From assembly GCA_009914755.4 (NCBI GenBank), contig CP086569.2, forward strand, positions 17,792,001-17,856,000: DNA of 64,000 bases. Reading direction: 5' to 3'. This DNA comes from the human T2T-CHM13v2.0 reference genome, Homo sapiens. Positions 55,140 to 64,000 of the stretch are shown here, in pieces (positions within the stretch are counted from its first letter, which is position 1; each line of letters opens with the position of its first letter). The notes under the pieces were generated by a model. That model saw only the letters and a program-made list of their open reading frames with translations. It was not told the DNA's origin and did no database searches. Position numbers and translations under genes: made by a program.

Positions 55140-55544
55140 TCAAGGAATAGGTAAAATCTCAAAAGCTCAATTTTGAATTTAAATGTGATATGCAATGGAA
55201 AGCATAAAATAAACTATTGGAAACAGCAGAATATCACTAAATTTTATTTTATAATAATTAGTTTATTTTAAGTATGCTGTTAGGTAAAAAGTAAGAATAA
55301 TAAAAAGTTGAGCTATGGCAGAATAACTTAACACTTCTATCTAGGCTTATGTTCTTATAAACCAGAGTACAGGTTTTTATCAGGATGAGACATGCTGTAT
55401 TGGATTTGTACATTTGTCCCTGGTAATAAAATATGACTATATTTCCAAAAGTGTTCCAGATTGTGTTTTGATGTTTGTGTTATTTTAAGATGCAATGTTT
55501 GGTATAAACAAGCTAACAAAAACTGTATGGATTTGTTAAAGTAA

Positions 55545-55927
<383 letters not shown>

Positions 55928-56019
55928 AACTGATCTATCATTTTCTAAGAGCTAAATTATTATTATCTATATATAATTCCTAAAGTGACTAATTATTTCC
56001 TGATATTTAAAATGGTGTA

Positions 56020-56371
<352 letters not shown>

Positions 56372-56971
56372 CTATCAGGAGATAGAACTTATTTTGGGAA
56401 TCAAAATAATAAAATCAAACACACCCTGATGACATTATTTATTGAGTTCTTACAATGTTTATCTCAATAGTATTACATATAGTTTTCCAATTTTATAGCT
56501 AACACAATGGTGTGAACCTAAACCACAGTTGTAATTATTATCACAGACAATTTATTTATTTCATATTGTGGTATGTTGAGGATTTCTAATGCTTTAAATG
56601 TAGCAGTGATATGTTGTATATATTAATGATTGAATTTAATTTAAAAAGAAAATGTAGTTTTTGAAAAGGAAAGGTATAACAAAACACTCCCCTTTCTTGA
56701 TAAAATGGCACAGGTGCTGTGATTTTATCAGTTGTCTATTTTTCAAAAGTAAAATAAATTTGACTTTTCCTATTTTAGTCTAATAAAGTCTTAGAGAATC
56801 TACCCAATTATTTTAAAAAGCAAGTAAAACAGACATCAATGGCTTATTTAAAAAACATATAGCATTTTCTTGTAGGTAGAGCCGTTATTCACCTCCTTGA
56901 GCTGTTTAACTTTTGTCCAATTCTGTACCCTCATTCAGAAATATATCTTTTGTACTACCTCCACAGAGTTC

Positions 56972-57252
56972 TTTTTTTTTTTTTTTTGAGACAAAGTCTC
57001 ACTCTTTCATCCATGCTAGAGAGCAGTGTCACAATCTCAGCTCACTGCAGCCTCCACTTCCTGAATTCAAGTGATTCTCCTGCCTCAGCCTCCCAAGTAG
57101 TTGGGATTACAGGCATGCACCAACATATCTGGCAAATTTTTGTATTTTTAGTGGAGACAGGGTTTCACCGTATTGGCCAGGCTGGTCTCGAATTCAAGTG
57201 ATCTGGCCAACCAAAGTGACAGGCTTACAAGCATGAGCCACCATACTTGGCT
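56972..57252 (-). mobile_element. Alu (minus strand)
   Basis: ttttttttttttttttgagacaaagtctcactctttcatccatgctagagagcagtgtcacaatctcagctcactgcagcctccacttcctgaattcaagtgattctcctgcctcagcctcccaagtagttgggattacaggcatgcacc…gcatgagccaccatacttggc. Confidence 0.9.
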
Positions 57253-58848
57253 GCTTTTCCTTAATTTCTTACTTTATATTACTATCCCTATAACTTAAAA
57301 TATAATTTTACATGTTCTTTTATTTTTATAACCCAATTGAACAAACTCACATCGACAGGATGCTCAGCATCAGCATTTTTTTATTGGCACTATTTCACTT
57401 TAGTTTTAACGATGCTTGGTAGAAAATATTGTCATAGTCTAGCCAGGAAAACAAGTTAGAGAATTTGCTTTAAATAGAATAGAAAAATGTAGGCAAACAG
57501 AAACAACTGAGTTGACTCGACAGCAGTGATGTTGAAAACCAGCCTCCAGTCCCTACACCTAGGACAGGAAAGAAAGAAGTTGATTTTATAAAATGTAGCA
57601 GCTTGTGTCATTTTCTATAGCATATTCCTAAGATAATATCATTGATCTGATTACAGTATCATTATAGCATGTCCTGTATGTGGTGGCAAATGATCTATAT
57701 CATGTATTATGTCTCTCATTGATTTTCTCACTGTATTTTTATAATATATGATCCTATATGAACTATAAGATCATTTTCTCAATGCAAAAGATAAAACACC
57801 TTGCTAAGATACATATTTTTATTGGGGGAACCGCCCCTAATACATCAGTGTAGGTTATTTCTATTTTCCATAAGTGTTGGCTGGCTGAAAAATAATGAGA
57901 GACAGTACAAAGAGGAATTTTACAGCTGGGCCACCAGGGGTGACATCACATATCATTAGGACCATGATGCCCACCTGGGTCTCAAACCAGCAGGTTTGTA
58001 TTAAGGGTTTAAAAAGTGAGGGGGTGTAAGAACAGGGAGTAGGTACAGACATCACATGCTTCAAAGGGCAAAAAGCAGAACTACTAATAAGGGTCTAACA
58101 AAGATCACATGCTTCTGAGGGAACAGGACAAAGGGAAAAAGCAGAGCCACTGATAAGGGTCTGTGTTCAGCAGTGCACTTATTGTCTTGATAAACATCTT
58201 AACAGAAAACAGGGTATGAGAGCAGAGAACCAGTCTGACCACAAATTTACCAAGGCAGAGATTTTTCTCCACCCTAGTAAGCCTGATGGTACTGCAGGAA
58301 ACCAGGGCATATCTCAGTCCTTATCTCAACTGCATAAGACAGACATTCCCAGAACAGCCATTTATAGACCTCCCCGCAGGAATGCATTCCTTCCCCAGGG
58401 TATTAATATTAATATTCCTTGCTAGGAAAAGAATTTACCAATAACTTCCCTTGCATGTCTGTTTACAGGCTCTCCACAAAAAGAAAAATATGGCTTTTTT
58501 TGCCAGACTCCACAGGCAGTCAGACCTTATGGTTGTCTTCCCATGTTCCCTAAAAATCGCTGTTATTCTGTTCTTTTTCAAGGTGCACTGATTTCATATT
58601 GTTCAAACACACATGTTTTACAATCAATTTGTACAGCTAACAATTATCACAGTGGTCTTGAGGTGAGGTAAATCCTCAGCTTAAATCCTCAGGATTAAGA
58701 GACTAAAGTAAAGACAGGCATAAGAAATTATGAAAGTATTATTTAGGAACTGATAAATGTCCACATAATCTTCACAATTTATTTTCCTCTGCTGCGGCTC
58801 CAGCTGGTCCCTCCATTCGGGGTCCCTGACTTCCTGCAACATATATTG

Positions 58849-59156
58849 GCCGGGCATGGTGGCTCATGCCTATAATCCCAGTACTTTGGATGTGGGTGGA
58901 TCACAAGGTCAGGAGATCAAGATCATCCTGGCTAATACAGTGAAACCCTGTCTCAACTAAAAAAAAAAAATAAAAAAATACAAAAAAGTAGCCAGGATTG
59001 GTGGCAGGCAACTGTCAGTACCAGCTACTTGGGAGTCTGAGGCAGGAGAATGGCATGAATCTGGGAGGTGGAGCTAGCAGTGAGCCAAGATGACAACACT
59101 GCACTCCAGCCTGGGTGACAGAACGAGACTCCATCTCAAAAAAAAAGAAAAAAAAT
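58849..59156 (+). mobile_element. Alu
   Basis: ggccgggcatggtggctcatgcctataatcccagtactttggatgtgggtggatcacaaggtcaggagatcaagatcatcctggctaatacagtgaaaccctgtctc…cactccagcctgggtgacagaacgagactccatctcaaaaaaaaagaaaaaaaa. Confidence 0.9.
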
Positions 59157-59732
59157 CCATATTTTTATGACAACTGATTCATACATTAATTTTGGTAGAG
59201 GTGGCATTTTCATGATATATAATTTAAGCATTTGAGAATAAAACATATACTTCTATTTGTTTGGGTATTCTGTGTCCCAGTTTAATTTAATATATTTCTT
59301 CCCAGGGTCATTTTTATTATATGCACTGCTAAGTTTTTTTAAAAAATTACTGAATTATCAACAGAATGTTCCCATATTTCTTTCTAGGTTCTTATTGCAG
59401 CATGTAAAAAAACCTGATAATTTTTATTTATTTACTTTCTATTCAGCAATGTTACCAAATTAGTCTATTTTTCTAACAGGCTTTAATAGATTTTCTCAGG
59501 TAAGCATTTATGCTATCAGCAAAAGTGCTCCAATTTTATGTTCTTTTCCAATAGTTATCACAATGTTCATTTACTCATTTCACTGCATTTACCACAATCT
59601 TCCAGAAGTCACTGGATAATAACAGAAATAAAAGGCATTCCCATATGCCCTCTGATTTTTCTTGAAATTACTTTTCTTGAATTTGCTTTTTGTGTTTTAG
59701 GCTGCAGTTGATATTCGTCTTAGAAAAGCACT

Positions 59733-60033
59733 TTTTTTTTTTATTTGTTTCATTTGAGACTGTTTCTTGCTTTGGTGCCCACGTTGGAGTACAGTGGTGT
59801 GATCCCAGCTCACAGCAGACTCAACATCCTGGGGTCAAGCAATCCTCCTATCTCAGCCTCTTTACTATGTGGAGCTATAGGCATGTGCCACCACACTCAG
59901 CTAATTTTGATTAATTTTTGTAAAGGTGGAATTTTGCCATGTTGCCCAGGCTGCTCCCAAATACCTGGTCTCAAGCAATCCTCCAAACTGAGTCTCCCAA
60001 AGAGCTGGGATTATAGGCACAAGCCATGCACAT
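59733..60033 (-). mobile_element. Alu (AluJ-like, minus strand)
   Basis: tttttttttttatttgtttcatttgagactgtttcttgctttggtgcccacgttggagtacagtggtgtgatcccagctcacagcagactcaacatcctggggtcaagcaatcctcctatctcagcc…gagctgggattataggcacaagccatgcacatagc. Confidence 0.85.
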
Positions 60034-60065
60034 AGCTGAGATGCTTTTCTTATTTGTGTGTTTGT

Positions 60066-60123
60066 TAAAATGTCTTATCCTTTTTAAAATGTCTTATCCT
60101 TTTTAAAATGTCTTATCCTTTTC
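60066..60123. repeat. Tandem repeat, ~22-bp unit x ~2.7
   Basis: aaaatgtcttatccttttt aaaatgtcttatccttttt aaaatgtcttatcctttt. Confidence 0.8.
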
Positions 60124-60499
60124 TTCTTACTATTTTAGATTCAGTTATAATTCTTCAGTGCCTATTGATGGACTCACACACTTGTCTTTCATTGGTTGAA
60201 TTAATGGATTATATTGACAGATTTTCTAACATAGTGCATTTTTCTAATGCATTGTAATTTTTGCAGCTACTCTTCTTAACCACATAGAGTGTCATTCCAT
60301 GCTATGATACTAGATTTTAAACAAGTTTCAAAGGCACCAATATCATTAGGAAGATTGAATTATATTTACCTACACTAAAATCATTATTTTGTATCAAAAA
60401 TGAATATATGCTTTATGTAGAAAGTACCGTATTTCATATATTAACTCATTTTATTCTAAAAAGTAGTCATCTAGCCTAAGCAATATAGGAAAACATTGT

Positions 60500-61031
<532 letters not shown>

Positions 61032-62324
61032 TCAAAAAACAGTCATAAAATGGCTAGTTTACCTCTCAATCTGTGGAGTGGTAAAACCTCCCTGGATGTC
61101 TCAGTGCTTCTGTGAGATGACTTAGCCTTTCTTAGAAAAATGTTTGCTTTCATTTCCGTTTGAAGCATCTCCTCATACTGTGAGAACTGGATAAGCAGCC
61201 ATGTATCTAGTTAATTTCTCTTATTGGAAATCATAATAAAACTTCTTATTTCCCCAAAGCCAAATGCTAACAGCTCTCACTTGTTCTTAGGCTAAGTGCC
61301 TAGAAACTTGTCAGACTGGTGCAAGTACCCAAGTACCCAAGTAGGTATTTAGATTTCAAGGAGGAAAACACCCAGATGTTGGCAGCATCTCTAGGTGATA
61401 AAAAACACAGGCTCCTTCAGCTTCTGGAGAGGTTTTATTTTATATTTCAAAGGGCTGGAGAAAGGAGGTGATCCCTTCAGCAGCAAAGGGACATCTCCTT
61501 CCTTTTCTTTTATAAACAGTTTAAAAAATTTTTTATCTCTCAACCTAAGAAGTGTGTTAGGTTGCTTGCTTAAGACAATTGACCTGGTTCTCATTGTATT
61601 TCCCCAGGATAAAGACTAGCAGAGAGATTGAGAACACTCTTCTTATGTGCTGTGTGGTTTTGTGGTTTTTAATAAAAAAATCTATCTCTGAACCAGAACA
61701 TCTTGTGTGCACATTCAGAATAAAATTCATAAAGATGAATAACTAAAGCCTAATGCATCCCCTTTCTTGTTAACCAATGAAGATGCTAAAATTCATGCTG
61801 CTAGATGCAAAGCTAGCTGGAACCTACAACTTGTATTCATCATATTTCTATAGTGTACTTATCAGAGGCATTTGAACAAAAGCAATTCCATCTTGAATAG
61901 GGGCTGTGTTAAATGAGGCTGAAACATGCTGGGCTGCATTCCCTGGAGATCTGGCATTCTAAGTCACAGTATAAAAGGGGAAGTAGGCAGAACCAGTATC
62001 ACAAATCAAAAGACCAGATAAAACAGGATACGTAAAAGAAGCTGGCCAAAACTGGCCAAATCTAAGATGGCAACACAAATGACCTCTGGTCATCCTTCCT
62101 GGTCATATGCTAATTATAATGCATTAGCTGCTTAAAGACTTAAAGACATGTCCACTATTGCCATGAGAGTTTGCAAATGCCATGACAATGTCCATTAATT
62201 ATCATTACCCTCTAAGGTATATAAAGGGGAAGAACACTCAGTTTAAAGAATTGCCCACACCTTTTCTAGAAAACTAATGAATAAACCACTCCTTGTTTGG
62301 CACATAATCAAGCAGTAACTGTAA

Positions 62325-62681
<357 letters not shown>

Positions 62682-63808
62682 CTGGAGTAGCCGTTCTTTA
62701 TTCCTTTACTTTCTTAATAAGCTTGCCTTCACTTTACTATACAGACTCGCTCTGATTTCTTTCTTGTGTGAAGTCCAAAAACCCCTTCCTGGAATCTGGA
62801 TCAGGAACTCTTTCTGGTAACATCCTCATCAAATAAATTAGTGGGCTCCGTATTATTTCTGTGGAATGAAAGAGTTTAATATCAAGATTTATGGTTTTTT
62901 ATTTGAATATGAGTTGCAATTCAGCTGTAAAAAGGCCTATTTCTGTTGCATATTTCAATGGTAGATCTCTAGTGGGCTTGACATTTATTTCCATGAAAAC
63001 CAGCCAACTTTGTTTTCTCAATTTTGTTCCATCAAACTTAGTAATTTTTATTTCCCACAAAATCTTCTGCTGCTTCTGTTTGCAAATTAAGTGTAATAGA
63101 TTTTCATGTAATTTTTTTATCATTGGTATCCATTTCTTTAAATTCCCCTGTGTCTGATGTAAGCCCCCCCTTTTTTTAATAATGTAATCTTGCTATTTGT
63201 TTCTTCACAATCCATCAGACTCACAGAGACTTTATCTGTTTTATTTCATTGCAAAATTTTAAGAAACTATCTTGGGTGGTAGGTATGATTTTTATTTTCC
63301 ATTCCATTAATTTCATCTTCAATCTTTATTATCATTTTTCTATTCAATTTTATCTTATTTTGTTCTTTATTCAAATAAATACTTAGTTTGTTTGCTTCTC
63401 TCATTTCTTTTAGATAATATAGACATTTGAGGCTGTGTTTTCCTTTGAGTGCTCTTAAAACTGCTTTTGGAAAAATTGTAACAGTGAGAAAATTATGACA
63501 GCGAAAGGGATCTACTGTAATGGACTCCATCTTCCTTGTAAAAGCCAAGCTGCCCTTGTTCATTCCCAGGCATCTGAACTAACTTTGGAAGGAACTTAGT
63601 TTATAGTTTAACTGTGACAAAGATAACAGCCCTTTCCCAAAGCAAACTACCATCTTGCCTGGAGACAAGACTTCCTTTTTAGGATGAATAAGTTAAGCCC
63701 AAAATTAGAAATTATGTTTTAGGACTCATGAAGCCAGAAGCCACAATATTCTAATCCTTTCTGGTTACTCCTAAGAATAGCATCACTATTGTAAAACCTA
63801 AGATTCAA

Positions 63809-64000
63809 GGATTCCTGGCAAGATGGCCAAATAGGAACAGCTCTGATCTGCAGTTCCCAGTGAGATTAACACAGAAGGCTGGTGATTTCTGCATTTCCAA
63901 CTGTGGTACCTGGTTCCTCTCACTGGGACTTGTTGGACAAGTGTGTACAGCCCAAGGAGAGTGAACTGAAGCAGGATGGGGCATCGCCTCACCTGGGAAG
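63809..64000 (+). mobile_element. L1PA 5'UTR start (older L1PA type), running off the window end
   Basis: ggattcctggcaagatggccaaataggaacagctctgatctgcag…ggtgatttctgcatttccaactgtggtacctggttcctctcactgggacttgttggacaagtgtgtacagcccaag…gggcatcgcctcacctgggaag is homologous to the 5'UTR at 42226. Confidence 0.85.

Overview
This window is primate, almost certainly human, genomic DNA, not a prokaryotic or accessory-element locus. It is AT-rich and retrotransposon-dense, which is typical of a gene-poor LINE-rich region. I found no convincing host exon, CpG island, RNA gene or CRISPR array.

Mobile elements make up most of the window:
- LINE-1: three large L1PA copies. One is full length (16311-22296) and sits nested inside an older L1, with target-site duplications (TSDs) for both. 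One is 5'-truncated and nearly intact (27372-32713). One is older, carries an Alu insertion and an internal deletion (42226-47447). There are also several L1 3'-end fragments and the start of another L1 at the window end.
- Alu: about 30 insertions, several with recognisable TSDs.
- LTRs: four THE1/MST-like ERVL-MaLR solo LTRs, two with clean 5-bp TSDs. Two further LTR-like or unclassified dispersed repeat pairs are also present.
- Simple repeats: micro- and minisatellites.

The structure worth a second look is all transposon-derived: nested insertions, long inverted L1 arms, an Alu whose linker has expanded into a ~400-bp compound satellite, long homopolymer Alu tails, and a cluster of inverted Alu pairs. 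All six-frame ORFs longer than ~100 aa fall inside L1 ORF1/ORF2 remnants or Alu sequence. Coordinates are from manual reading and should be taken as +/- ~10 bp.
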